Positions 28,722 to 38,141 of a DNA stretch of 42,587 nt are shown here, piece by piece. Source of the DNA: Alphaproteobacteria bacterium (GTDB lineage Bacteria > Pseudomonadota > Alphaproteobacteria > Micropepsales > Micropepsaceae); assembly GCA_021413465.1 (NCBI GenBank), contig JAIOQG010000004.1:1-42587 (forward strand), in the 5' to 3' direction. A program made the translations under genes and the position numbers. The notes under the pieces are model-generated. The model was not told the origin of the DNA. It did not search any database and worked only from the letters and a program-made list of their open reading frames with translations. Position 1 is the first letter of the stretch. Every line of letters begins with the position of its first letter.

Positions 28722-30090
28722 TTCGCCCCGCATCGAAGAACTTGGTGGGATCGCGGACCACGTCATTGAACCAAATCTCATAGTGAAGATGTGGTCCCGT
28801 ACTACGGCCGCTTGAACCCATCGTAGCGATCTTCTGGCGGAATTGCACCATGTCTCCGACTTTTACGAGAACTGATTTAAGATGGCCGAAACGCGTCCGG
28901 ATGCCGTGCCCGTGGTCGATCTCGACCATGAGGCCATAAGGCCCGCGATTCTCCGCGTTAATGACGCGCCCAGGTAAGCTGGCAAGGATCGGTGTGCCGT
29001 ATTCGCCGGCCATATCGGCGCCCGAATGGAAAGCCACCCGTCCGGTGAACGGATCGACGCGGTAACCAAAGCCGCTCGTCCCCCGGTACAAGCCGAACTC
29101 GATCGGCGTCACGAGCGGAAGCCGCGCCACGGCGGAAGTCAAATTATCAAGCCGGCCAAACGTTTGGGCGATTTCGGCAAACTGCTTCTCAAACTCGTCG
29201 GTGACGCCGTCCAGCGCAGAAAGTCGAATTTCCGCCCCGAGCGGCACCAGGGGGCCGCCACGGCCATTTCGGCTGTTGACCCCAACCTGATTGGCAACCG
29301 CCTCTACATTCAGCCCCGTCATCGCAATCACACGTTGATAGCGATCGATCTGCCCGCTTGCGGAGTCGCGGAGCTCTCCCAACAGTGCCAGTTGTTGCTT
29401 TTGAATGTTGTTAAGTCTGTCTTCGAGCCCGGCAATCCGTTGAACGACGTAATTTCCCGACAAGACGCTCTTCGCGCCAGACCCCTTGCCACCCGCGAGC
29501 GTCGCGTTGGCGACCTTGCCGATTGCGCTGTCGCTGATGTTCTGCTGGGCTCGGCTTTGCCGCACCGCGGGTTCGGCCTCGGCGAACTGCATCATGAGCG
29601 TGTTTGCGCCATCAGGGCTCGACGCCTGCGCGTATGAACGTCCAGCGTAATTCCCCATAACGGCGACTTGCGTCCGGACCTGGCGAATTTGCTTATCCAT
29701 CGCCTGCTTTTGCATCAGCAGCGCCGTCAGCTGGCGATGCTTGGATTCCAGATCGCGCGTCGCGTTCTGAAACCGCTCTTCTGCCAACACGAGCAGACCA
29801 TTGAGCTCGTCATAGGCAAGCTGCATCTGCGAAACGCGGCCTTCATAGGCCGCCTGCATGCTCGCGTATCGCTGATCCTTGGCGGTGATGATCTGTTCTT
29901 TGAATATCACCACGACCGACGCGTACGCCACCCAACCCAAAACGAACAGAGTCGTGGCCGCCACCGTCATCTGGAACGTCGGCGTGAACTCGAAAAACTG
30001 CACCGACCCGCGGCTGCGAAGATAAAACTGACGGTGTGGGAACAACCGGTGCGCAAGCGCCATCAAACCGGCCATGGGCGAGGTGGACAT
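28705..30090 (-). CDS. M23 (LytM-domain) peptidoglycan endopeptidase, bitopic with coiled-coil region (LmdC-like)
   Basis: Short cytoplasmic N-terminus, a TM segment (VAATTLFVLGWVAYASVVVIF), a long coiled-coil-like region, and a C-terminal M23 domain with intact metal ligands HSGADM (HxxxD) and GPHLHYEI (HxH). Confidence 0.85.
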   Translation of the reverse strand: MSTSPMAGLMALAHRLFPHRQFYLRSRGSVQFFEFTPTFQMTVAATTLFVLGWVAYASVVVIFKEQIITAKDQRYASMQAAYEGRVSQMQLAYDELNGLLVLAEERFQNATRDLESKHRQLTALLMQKQAMDKQIRQVRTQVAVMGNYAGRSYAQASSPDGANTLMMQFAEAEPAVRQSRAQQNISDSAIGKVANATLAGGKGSGAKSVLSGNYVVQRIAGLEDRLNNIQKQQLALLGELRDSASGQIDRYQRVIAMTGLNVEAVANQVGVNSRNGRGGPLVPLGAEIRLSALDGVTDEFEKQFAEIAQTFGRLDNLTSAVARLPLVTPIEFGLYRGTSGFGYRVDPFTGRVAFHSGADMAGEYGTPILASLPGRVINAENRGPYGLMVEIDHGHGIRTRFGHLKSVLVKVGDMVQFRQKIATMGSSGRSTGPHLHYEIWFNDVVRDPTKFFDAGRNVFKG

Positions 30091-30253
30091 GCAACAACCT
30101 CAACTAATACGAAAGCCGGTTCATGTCCGGGCCGAGTGACCGACCAGCACATTTCCCCAGCACGCTTGGAGCCTATCCAATTGTTACGGATTTGAAGCTA
30201 TTCGCCAAGCCGTAGAAATTGCTCATTTCCTTACATCTTTTTAAGGAACTCTC

Positions 30254-30724
30254 TTAAAGGTCCTTGAGAACGGACAATACCTCTTCCGCGTGTCCCAAAA
30301 CCTTGACTTTCCGCCAAATCTTAACAACCCGCCCCTTGCCATCCAAGATAAAGGTTGACCGGTCGATTCCCATATATTTGCGCCCGTACATACTTTTCTC
30401 GACCCAGGACCCATACGATTCGATGACGGAGCCGTCAGGGTCGGACGCCAAAATGAGGTTGAGCTTGTGCTTGGCCTTGAAGCGGTCGTGCGAGGCGACG
30501 TTGTCCTTGGACATCCCAATCACGGGCACCCCCAGTTTCTTGAATTTGGCAGCCGCGGCGGAAAACGCCAATGCCTCTTTCGTGCAACCGGAAGTATCGT
30601 CCTTGGGGTAGAAGTATAGCACCAAGGGATGCCCGGCGAATTCCTTGAGTGAGATCTTGCCGCCGCTATCGGTTGCAAGCGAGAAGTCGGGCGCCTTGTC
30701 GCCTTCGCTAATTACGTTCGACAT
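30254..30724 (-). CDS. bcp: Thioredoxin-dependent thiol peroxidase (peroxiredoxin Bcp)
   Basis: MSNVISEGDKAPDFSL..LVLYFYPKDDTSGCTKE is the PxxxT/SxxC peroxidatic Cys motif. The start is an internal ATG with GAAGGGA upstream; the track ORF extends to 30859. Confidence 0.9.
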   Translation of the reverse strand: MSNVISEGDKAPDFSLATDSGGKISLKEFAGHPLVLYFYPKDDTSGCTKEALAFSAAAAKFKKLGVPVIGMSKDNVASHDRFKAKHKLNLILASDPDGSVIESYGSWVEKSMYGRKYMGIDRSTFILDGKGRVVKIWRKVKVLGHAEEVLSVLKDL

Positions 30725-30852
30725 GGAGTTCCCTTCTTGTTTCGTTGCGGCTTTAAGCAGTTTTCCAGTCCGAAACCAAGCGAGGGGGCGTATTCCCCGG
30801 CGCGCGTGCAGGCCTGGCGTGATAGCGTGGCCGACGACCCTGGGCGGGTTTT

Positions 30853-33800
30853 GTGCCAACGACGCAGACAGTCGCGGAGAAGTTAGTTTTGGTTAGGCGT
30901 TCGGCAAAAATCGCTCTGCGTGTCGCCGCGGTCGCGTTCGGCGCGATAGCAATTGCCGCGACGATTTTTGTTTGGCGCGCCTTCAACGGTCCGGTTTCGC
31001 TTGGCCTGCTGACGCCGCGCCTTGAGGCAATGATCAATAGCGGCCTCAAAGATATTCAATTGCATTTCGGCGACAGCGTCATCGAATGGTCGGAAGGCCG
31101 CAGCATTGCGTTTCTACAATTCGTCGATGTTGTTGCGGTCGATCGAAACGGCGCCGTCATCGCGCGCGTGCCTCGCGCCAAAGTTTCGTTGTCCGGCCCC
31201 GCATTGCTGAATGGCGAAGTGGCGCCGACGAATGTCGAGCTCATTGGTGCCAGCGCGCAATTGGTTCGCCGCCTCGACGGCGGTGTTCAATTGGGCTTGC
31301 AGGTCGGCGGCGCGCCTCCTCAAGAGCCCAAAGCCAACACCGCCCCGGAGGGCATGACGAAAGCGATCTTGCAGGCCATGTTGGCCCCCAAGACCAACGA
31401 CACCATGTCGCGCTATCTCAAGCGCTTCGCGGTGACGGACGCCAAACTAACGATCTTCGATGAGGCAACGCGTTCGTATTGGTCTGCCGAAAAGGCATCG
31501 CTCGCATTCGACCGCAAGCCAGATGGCGTGGTTGTGGCCGTCAGTGCTCCGCTCCGTCTTGCAGATAAATCAACATGGTTGTTCACGGCATCAGGACGCT
31601 ACACAAACGGCAGCTCTAACATTGCCATTGAGGCCGCCTTCAAGCCCGTACGTGTTAGCCTCTTGTCCGCCAGCGGCGCCGGCCTCAAGGCCCTCAAAGG
31701 CATCGACATTCCCATTTCCGGCAACGCCGCCTGCGATCTGTCATTGGCCGGTCAGCTTGGCCGCTGCACCCTATGGCTCAACGCCGGGGCAGGGCACCTC
31801 ACGCTGCCGGCCTTGAAGAAGAAGCCAATCCATTTCAAAGACGCGGCCTTGACGGTCGTGCTCGACGCACCATCGCAACGCTATTCGATCGAGCAATTCA
31901 AATGGAGCGGCGACACCATTCGCGGCGAGATATCGGGCGACGGATCTTACGCTTTCGCCGCCGATGGCGCGTTGGCCAGTCTGACCGCCGACTGGACGGC
32001 CGAAAATGTTTCAATCGACGCGCCGAACGTATTCGATGGACAGCTTGCGCTTGAGAGCATGAAGCTGCGCGCAGCCTTCGATGCCGCTCTGAAACACCTG
32101 ACGATCGAAGAAATTCACGCCCGTCGCGGCACTTTCGACCTCTCATTGTCGGGCGAACTCCAAGACAATCCCGTTTCGATGGGCGTTGTCATAAACGGTC
32201 AGTTCGCCAATCTCATGGTGGCCGATCTCAAGCGCCTCTGGCCCGCGGGCGCAGCCCAGGGCGCGCGCGATTGGATTTCGGCGAACGTGCATGAAGGTGC
32301 GATCCGCGCCGGCACGATCGCCGTCAATATTCCACCCGGTGCCATCACCGAAAATCGCGTCCCCGACGAGATGATGAACATTGCCTTCTCCGTCGACGAT
32401 ATGCGCCTCACCTATTTGAACGGTCTGCCCGACATCACCAAGGTCAATGGCGCGGCAACGTTGTTGGGCGACACCTTCAAAGCCGACATTTCGTCGGGCA
32501 ATGTCGGCGCGATTGCCCTGAAGAAGGGCACGTTCGTCATTGCCGAACTTCACAAGCAAGGCACGATCGGAACGATCTCGGGAGAGATTGCCGGTCCCAC
32601 GCGCGACATGCTGACCGTCATCGACCGCCCGCGCCTTGGCTATCCGACGCGTTTCGGCATCGCACCCGATCAAGCCGCCGGCACCAGCACTGTGAACTTC
32701 ACTTTCGCAATACCGATGCTCCACGACCTGAAAGCCGAAGATGTCGGCATCAACGTCGATGCGGTGCTGAAGGATGTAAAACTACCGATCAACGATCAGC
32801 TCAAACTCACCGGCGGCACGTTCGCCATCAAGCTCGACGCCAAAGCGATGAAGGCGCAAGGCGCGGTGCAGGTGAATGGGGCACCCATGGGCTTCACTTG
32901 GGCTGAGGATTTTACCGGCACCGCACTGAACGGAACGCGCATCGACGTAACCGCCACGCTCGACGATCGCCAGCGCGCCGGCCTCGGACTGGATGCACGC
33001 CCCTTTGTCGAAGGCAAATCGACCATCGTTGCGACGTTTACCGGTCGCGCGGGCAAGATTCAGAAGGCGCGCGTCGACGCGAACCTTTCGGCAGCAAGGC
33101 TTTCGTCACCGCAACTCGGCTGGGCAAAACCAGAAGATGCAAAGGCTACACTCAAAGCCGACATCGTTTTCAACGCCGATAAATCGATCGAGATATCGAA
33201 CATCGATGCGGTTGGACAAGGAATGAAGGCACAAGGCCGTCTTGTTGTCGGCGGCGGCAAAATCCTGGTGGCGGAATTCAAGAAGCTGCAATTGGGCGAG
33301 CGCAACGACTTTGCGCTGAACTATCGCAGCGCCGACGATGGTGCGACCTCGATGGACATCAAAGGCCGCGTCATTGATGCAGCCGGTTTCTTTGCCAGCG
33401 ACGACGAAGCAGAGTCCGAAAAGAAGGTCGCAGCAAAAGACAGTAAGCCGGCAATGTCGGTCAAGGCCAACGTCGACATGGCCTATCTGCAGGGCGATGT
33501 TTGGTTCACAGGTCTCAAATTCACCTATGCCGACGATGGTGAGCGGTTGACGGCCTTGAACATCGATGCCTCTGCGGATGCGGCGAACGTGCGCGGCGAG
33601 TTGGTCCGCGCGGGTGACAACTCGCGCAAGCTGAAAATTCAGACCGCCGACGCCGGCCGGCTGCTGCGCGGGGTAACCGGCTTTCGCAGCCTGATAGGCG
33701 GGGAAATGTCATTGAGCGTCGACTTGTCGCCGATGCCGCAGACAGGTCAGGCAGCGACGCGCGCCGACGCAACGTTCGACGGCGTATTGAAACTCGAAAA

Positions 33801-34320
33801 ATTCAAAATAGTCGATCAGCCGTTCTTGGCACGGTTGCTCTCGGCGGGATCGTTCACCGGTCTTGACGATTTGCTGCGGGGCGAGGGCATCACATTCACG
33901 AAGCTCGAGCAGTCGTTCCAAGGACGCGGCGGCATGATCACCTTGACGAACGGCCGCGCCGCGGGTCCTTCGATCGGCTTAACGGCGCAAGGCATGATCA
34001 ATCGCGACACGGATCGCATCGACGTCAACGGCACGGTTGTCCCGCTCTACGGTCTCAACAGCATGTTCGAGGACATTCCGCTCGTCGGCGACATCCTGAC
34101 GTCGCGCAAAGGCGAGGGCATCTTCGGGGTGACGTATGGCGTAAGCGGTGCGCTCGACGATCTAAAGATTGCCGTGAACCCGATTTCGGTTTTGGCGCCT
34201 GGCTTCTTGCGCAAATTGTTCCAGATGGGACCCACGCCCCAAGCCGCCGCGCCGATGCCGGCGCCCCATCAAAAGCCCGACGCGCAAAACGCATCGCAGC
34301 CCGTTACGAAAACCAATTAA
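30853..34320 (+). CDS. AsmA-like / YhdP-family large envelope protein (DUF3971-type)
   Basis: 1155 aa. Single N-terminal TM (VAAVAFGAIAIAATIFVW) and a long beta-rich periplasmic body. The C-terminal ..INGTVVPLYGLNSMFEDIPLVGDILTSRKGEGIFGVTYGVSGALDDLKIAVNPISVLAPGFLRKLF is typical of the AsmA/YhdP family. The start codon (GTG 30853) is uncertain. Confidence 0.7.
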   Translation: MPTTQTVAEKLVLVRRSAKIALRVAAVAFGAIAIAATIFVWRAFNGPVSLGLLTPRLEAMINSGLKDIQLHFGDSVIEWSEGRSIAFLQFVDVVAVDRNGAVIARVPRAKVSLSGPALLNGEVAPTNVELIGASAQLVRRLDGGVQLGLQVGGAPPQEPKANTAPEGMTKAILQAMLAPKTNDTMSRYLKRFAVTDAKLTIFDEATRSYWSAEKASLAFDRKPDGVVVAVSAPLRLADKSTWLFTASGRYTNGSSNIAIEAAFKPVRVSLLSASGAGLKALKGIDIPISGNAACDLSLAGQLGRCTLWLNAGAGHLTLPALKKKPIHFKDAALTVVLDAPSQRYSIEQFKWSGDTIRGEISGDGSYAFAADGALASLTADWTAENVSIDAPNVFDGQLALESMKLRAAFDAALKHLTIEEIHARRGTFDLSLSGELQDNPVSMGVVINGQFANLMVADLKRLWPAGAAQGARDWISANVHEGAIRAGTIAVNIPPGAITENRVPDEMMNIAFSVDDMRLTYLNGLPDITKVNGAATLLGDTFKADISSGNVGAIALKKGTFVIAELHKQGTIGTISGEIAGPTRDMLTVIDRPRLGYPTRFGIAPDQAAGTSTVNFTFAIPMLHDLKAEDVGINVDAVLKDVKLPINDQLKLTGGTFAIKLDAKAMKAQGAVQVNGAPMGFTWAEDFTGTALNGTRIDVTATLDDRQRAGLGLDARPFVEGKSTIVATFTGRAGKIQKARVDANLSAARLSSPQLGWAKPEDAKATLKADIVFNADKSIEISNIDAVGQGMKAQGRLVVGGGKILVAEFKKLQLGERNDFALNYRSADDGATSMDIKGRVIDAAGFFASDDEAESEKKVAAKDSKPAMSVKANVDMAYLQGDVWFTGLKFTYADDGERLTALNIDASADAANVRGELVRAGDNSRKLKIQTADAGRLLRGVTGFRSLIGGEMSLSVDLSPMPQTGQAATRADATFDGVLKLEKFKIVDQPFLARLLSAGSFTGLDDLLRGEGITFTKLEQSFQGRGGMITLTNGRAAGPSIGLTAQGMINRDTDRIDVNGTVVPLYGLNSMFEDIPLVGDILTSRKGEGIFGVTYGVSGALDDLKIAVNPISVLAPGFLRKLFQMGPTPQAAAPMPAPHQKPDAQNASQPVTKTN

Positions 34321-34322
34321 GT

Positions 34323-35576
34323 TCACACCGGCCGCAGCAACACGTGTTTCTTCTTGCCCAGCGAAAGCTTGATCACGCCCTCGGCCGTCAAATGGCTTTC
34401 GCTCAGCAGCATCTTTTCGTCCGACACCGCTTCGTCGTTGACGCGCAATCCCCCGCCTGCCGCTTGCCGCCTGGCATCGCCGTTTGACGTGGTAAGGCCC
34501 GCGCGCGTGAAAGCGCCGAGAACGCCGATACCGGCTTTAAGCTCCGACCGCGCCACCTCGATCGTAGGTAAGTTCGCCGACAAGCCGCTGCCTTCAAAGG
34601 TTTGCCTTGACGTTTCGGCGGCGCGCTCGGCCTCCGCCCGCCCGTGACAAAGCGCCGTCGCTTCGTTCGCGAGCACCTTCTTTGCATCGTTCAGTTCTGC
34701 GCCCTGCAGCGCCTCGAGCCGCGCAATCTCCTCGAGCGGCAGATCCGTGAACACGCGCAAGAACCGCCCGACATCGGCGTCCTCGACATTCCGCCAGTAC
34801 TGCCAGAAATCGTAAACCGACAGCATGTCCGCCGACAGCCACACGGCGCCCGACACCGACTTGCCCATCTTCGCGCCCGACGACGTCGTGATCAGCGGCG
34901 ACGTCAACCCGAACAATTCGACGTTGTCGGTGCGGCGCGCCAGATCGATGCCCGAGACGATATTGCCCCACTGATCCGACCCGCCCATCTGCAGACGGCA
35001 GCCGTAACGCCTGTAGAGTTCGGCAAAGTCGTAGGCCTGAAAGATCATGTAGTTGAATTCGAGGAAAGTCAGCGGCTGCTCGCGATCAAGCCGCAACTTC
35101 ACGCTATCCATCGCCACCATGCGGTTGATCGTGAAATGCCGCCCGATATCGCGCAAGAACGGAACGTATTGCAGCTTGTCGAGCCATTCCGCGTTGTCGA
35201 CCATGATCGCGTCGGTCGGCCCGTCGCCGAATTTCAGAAACCGGCGATAGATCTCCATGTGGCGAATCTTGTTCGCCTCGATCTGTTCGTCGGTCAAAAG
35301 CTGGCGCGACTCATCCTTCCCCGACGGGTCGCCGATCTTGGTGGTCCCGCCACCCACGACAACGATCGGCTTATGCCCGCCGCGCTGCAGCACCCGCAAC
35401 CGCATAATCTGCGTCAAGTTGCCGACGTGAAGGCTTGGCGCGGTGCAGTCGAAGCCGATATAGGCGGCCACGCGCTCCTTCGTCATCAACGCATCGAGCC
35501 CGTCTTGGTTCGTGCATTGGTGCAAATGTCCGCGCGCGGCGAACTCGTTCAAGAATGCGGAGCGAAACGCGCCCAT
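34323..35576 (-). CDS. tyrS: Tyrosine--tRNA ligase
   Basis: HIGH-type motif (SLHVGNL), KMSKS-type motif (KMGKS), and a C-terminal S4-like domain. 417 aa. Confidence 0.96.
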   Translation of the reverse strand: MGAFRSAFLNEFAARGHLHQCTNQDGLDALMTKERVAAYIGFDCTAPSLHVGNLTQIMRLRVLQRGGHKPIVVVGGGTTKIGDPSGKDESRQLLTDEQIEANKIRHMEIYRRFLKFGDGPTDAIMVDNAEWLDKLQYVPFLRDIGRHFTINRMVAMDSVKLRLDREQPLTFLEFNYMIFQAYDFAELYRRYGCRLQMGGSDQWGNIVSGIDLARRTDNVELFGLTSPLITTSSGAKMGKSVSGAVWLSADMLSVYDFWQYWRNVEDADVGRFLRVFTDLPLEEIARLEALQGAELNDAKKVLANEATALCHGRAEAERAAETSRQTFEGSGLSANLPTIEVARSELKAGIGVLGAFTRAGLTTSNGDARRQAAGGGLRVNDEAVSDEKMLLSESHLTAEGVIKLSLGKKKHVLLRPV

Positions 35577-35641
35577 GATCTATAAAAGCCTTCAGAGTCG
35601 GGGAACAAGGGCCGGGTGTGTAGCACGAAAGGAGGCTTAGC

Positions 35642-36736
35642 TTGAAGGCGATAGGCTTGATGAGCGGCACCTCGATGGACGGCATCGACGTCGCGATCTT
35701 GGACACCGGCGGGGAGCGCGTAGACGCGTTCGGCCCCACGCTTTTCCAGCCTTATTCCCCGGAAATGCGCCAGCGACTGCGCGCAGCGCTCAGCACCGGC
35801 GCGTCAATTCGCGCCGCCGGACCGCTTACGCCTGAGATCGAACGCCTCGAACGCGACCTGACCGATGCCCATGCCGATGCGGTCAATACACTGCTGCGAG
35901 AATCGAAACTCCGCCCGTCGCAGATCGACATGATCGGCTTCCACGGCCAAACCCTCATCCATCGTCCGGCGGAACGCATGACGCTGCAAATCGGGTCGGC
36001 TCCAAGGCTGGCCCTGCGCACGCAGATCGACGTCATAAGCGACTTCCGCACCGCCGATGTCCGCGCTGGAGGGCAGGGGGCACCGCTTGTGCCGATTTAT
36101 CACGCAGCCCTCGCCGCAGATCGCGCGCCGGTCGCGGTCCTCAACATCGGCGGCGTCGCCAACGTCACCTTCGTCGGTCGCGGTGGCGATCTTCTCGCCT
36201 TCGACACCGGCCCAGGGAACGGCCCAATCGACGACTGGGCGCTGAGATACACCGGCAAGCCGATCGATGAAGCGGGCGCGCTCGCCGCAAGGGGACACCC
36301 AAATCAAAACGTTATCGCGCATTTATTGACGCACGCTTATTTCGCCAAGCCCGCGCCAAAATCGCTCGACCGCATGGATTTCGCTTTAGACATGGCGAAA
36401 AATCTGGGCGTCGAAGACGGGGCCGCCACGCTCACCGCCTTCACCGCGCGCTCGATCGCAAAGGCGCGCGAACATTTTCCGCAGAGCCCGCGCGAATGGA
36501 TCGTCTGCGGCGGCGGCCGGCACAATCCCACACTCATGCGCGAACTTCGCGCCGCGCTCCCGGACATGAGTGTGATCACAGCCGAAGACGCCGGCTGGCG
36601 CGGCGACTTCATCGAAGCGGAAGCTTGCGCCTACCTCGCCGTGCGCTCGTGGCGTGGCTTGCCGATCAGCTTTCCCATGACGACCGGCGTTCGCCGCGCC
36701 ATGACGGGCGGCACGCTGTCGACTGTTAAGCGCTAG
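35642..36736 (+). CDS. anmK: Anhydro-N-acetylmuramic acid kinase
   Basis: (M)KAIGLMSGTSMDGIDVAI.. N-terminus and ..GGGRHNPTLM.. are typical AnmK motifs. TTG start at 35642. Confidence 0.9.
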   Translation: MKAIGLMSGTSMDGIDVAILDTGGERVDAFGPTLFQPYSPEMRQRLRAALSTGASIRAAGPLTPEIERLERDLTDAHADAVNTLLRESKLRPSQIDMIGFHGQTLIHRPAERMTLQIGSAPRLALRTQIDVISDFRTADVRAGGQGAPLVPIYHAALAADRAPVAVLNIGGVANVTFVGRGGDLLAFDTGPGNGPIDDWALRYTGKPIDEAGALAARGHPNQNVIAHLLTHAYFAKPAPKSLDRMDFALDMAKNLGVEDGAATLTAFTARSIAKAREHFPQSPREWIVCGGGRHNPTLMRELRAALPDMSVITAEDAGWRGDFIEAEACAYLAVRSWRGLPISFPMTTGVRRAMTGGTLSTVKR

Positions 36737-37389
36737 CCGCTTTCCTCGACCGGCGGCATGCGCATGTCGAGATAGTCTTCCACCGTCTTCACCAGCTCCG
36801 GCAGGTTCTGGTCGAAAAAGTGGTTGGCGCCCTCGATCTTCACCTGCGTGATCTTGATCCCGCGCTGCGCATTTAAGCGGTCGACCATTTTTTGCACGTC
36901 GGCTTCCGGCGACACTTGGTCGTTGCGGCCATGCACGATCAGACCCGAAGCGGGGCAGGGGGCAAGGAACGTAAAGTCATAGATATTGGCCGGCGGTGCG
37001 ATCGTAATGAAGGCGTGAATCTCGGGCCGGCGCATCAGCAACTGCATGCTGATCCAAGACCCGAACGAAAATCCGACCACCCAGCAGGTCTGCGCCCCGG
37101 GATTCATGGTCTGCAGCCAATCGAGCGCCGCGGCGGCGTCCGACAATTCGCCGATCCCCCCGTCAAAAACACCTTGGCTGCGACCAACGCCGCGGAAATT
37201 GAACCGAAGGACCGAACAACCGCGCCGCTGAAACGCATAGAACATCTCGTAGGTGACCCGATTGTTCATCGTGCCGCCGTGCTGCGGATGCGGGTGCAGA
37301 ATCAGCGCAATCGGCGCCGTCTTGTGCTTTTGATGCTGGTACTTCCCCTCAAGACGGCCCGAAGGTCCGGTAAAAATCACATCAGGCAT
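36733..37389 (-). CDS. Alpha/beta-fold hydrolase (COG2945-like)
   Basis: 218 aa. Nucleophile elbow GFSFG (GxSxG). ..ALILHPHPQHGGTMNNRV.. and ..VHGRNDQV..ANHFF are typical of this small esterase-like family. Confidence 0.75.
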   Translation of the reverse strand: MPDVIFTGPSGRLEGKYQHQKHKTAPIALILHPHPQHGGTMNNRVTYEMFYAFQRRGCSVLRFNFRGVGRSQGVFDGGIGELSDAAAALDWLQTMNPGAQTCWVVGFSFGSWISMQLLMRRPEIHAFITIAPPANIYDFTFLAPCPASGLIVHGRNDQVSPEADVQKMVDRLNAQRGIKITQVKIEGANHFFDQNLPELVKTVEDYLDMRMPPVEESG

Positions 37390-37496
37390 CGCAGCTCATT
37401 GACCTCGTTCGGCGTCTTTGTTGATTCGGGAAGTTGGAATAAAAAATCGCAAGCGCTAAAAAATACTACATTGTTTCAATGGGTTATCCCCGCCAT

Positions 37497-37511
37497 GCAG
37501 TTTGTAACTGC
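37497..37511. promoter_or_regulatory. Perfect inverted repeat GCAGTT-TGT-AACTGC abutting the -35 element of the suf operon promoter (candidate operator)
   Basis: The 6-3-6 perfect palindrome was read directly. It ends 6 nt upstream of the predicted -35 hexamer in the AT-rich divergent intergenic region. The binding protein is unknown. Confidence 0.3.
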
Positions 37512-37517
37512 AAATAC

Positions 37518-37546
37518 TTGACCCCCTCACTCAGGAAATCTATATC
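37518..37546 (+). promoter_or_regulatory. Candidate sigma-70 type promoter for the Rrf2-regulator/suf operon
   Basis: TTGACC (37518-37523), 17 nt spacer, TATATC (37541-37546), about 120 nt upstream of the Rrf2 gene start. Confidence 0.4.
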
Positions 37547-37664
37547 GCACACTGGAAAGCGACCGGGCGCGCTTTCTAACACGGGTCAGGGGCGCAAAAG
37601 CAAGCAAATCGAGCATGCCCAAGCCGCCTGCGATGGCACCGTCATCAAATAGGAGTCCCGTTCG

Positions 37665-38135
37665 ATGAATCTCAGCACCAAAGGCCGTTACGCCGTCATG
37701 GCGATGGTTGATCTGGCGAGCCACAGCAAAGGCAAGCCCGTCGCCCTCAACGAGATAGCGCAACGCCAAGAAATTTCACTCTCCTATCTGGAACAATTGT
37801 TCGCCCGCTTGCGCCGAGGCGGCTTGGTTGTCAGCGCGCGCGGGCCTGGCGGCGGCTACAAGCTGGCGCGCACGCCGGAAGAAACCCGCATTTCCGATAT
37901 CATGATGGCAGTGGATGAGCCTCTCAAAGCCACCCGCTGCGAAATGGGCTCGCCCCGCGGCTGCACCGGCCAGCAGGGCCGATGCACGACCCACGATCTG
38001 TGGGAAGAACTCAGCCGCCAGATCCAGATATTCCTGAGCGCCGTGACGATCGCCGACGTCGTGAACAAACGCGTCCTCGGCATGAGCCGCCCAGTCGAAT
38101 TCGCAGCCGCAAAGCAAGACAACGTGGCGGCCTGA
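37665..38135 (+). CDS. Rrf2 family transcriptional regulator (IscR-like, Fe-S cluster ligating)
   Basis: MNLSTKGRYAVMAMVDLA.. winged-helix N-terminus (SLSYLEQLFARLRRGGLVVSARGPGGGYKLA) and a Cys cluster C-x7-C-x6-C-x2-H. It heads the suf operon. Confidence 0.85.
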   Translation: MNLSTKGRYAVMAMVDLASHSKGKPVALNEIAQRQEISLSYLEQLFARLRRGGLVVSARGPGGGYKLARTPEETRISDIMMAVDEPLKATRCEMGSPRGCTGQQGRCTTHDLWEELSRQIQIFLSAVTIADVVNKRVLGMSRPVEFAAAKQDNVAA

Positions 38136-38141
38136 CCACGC

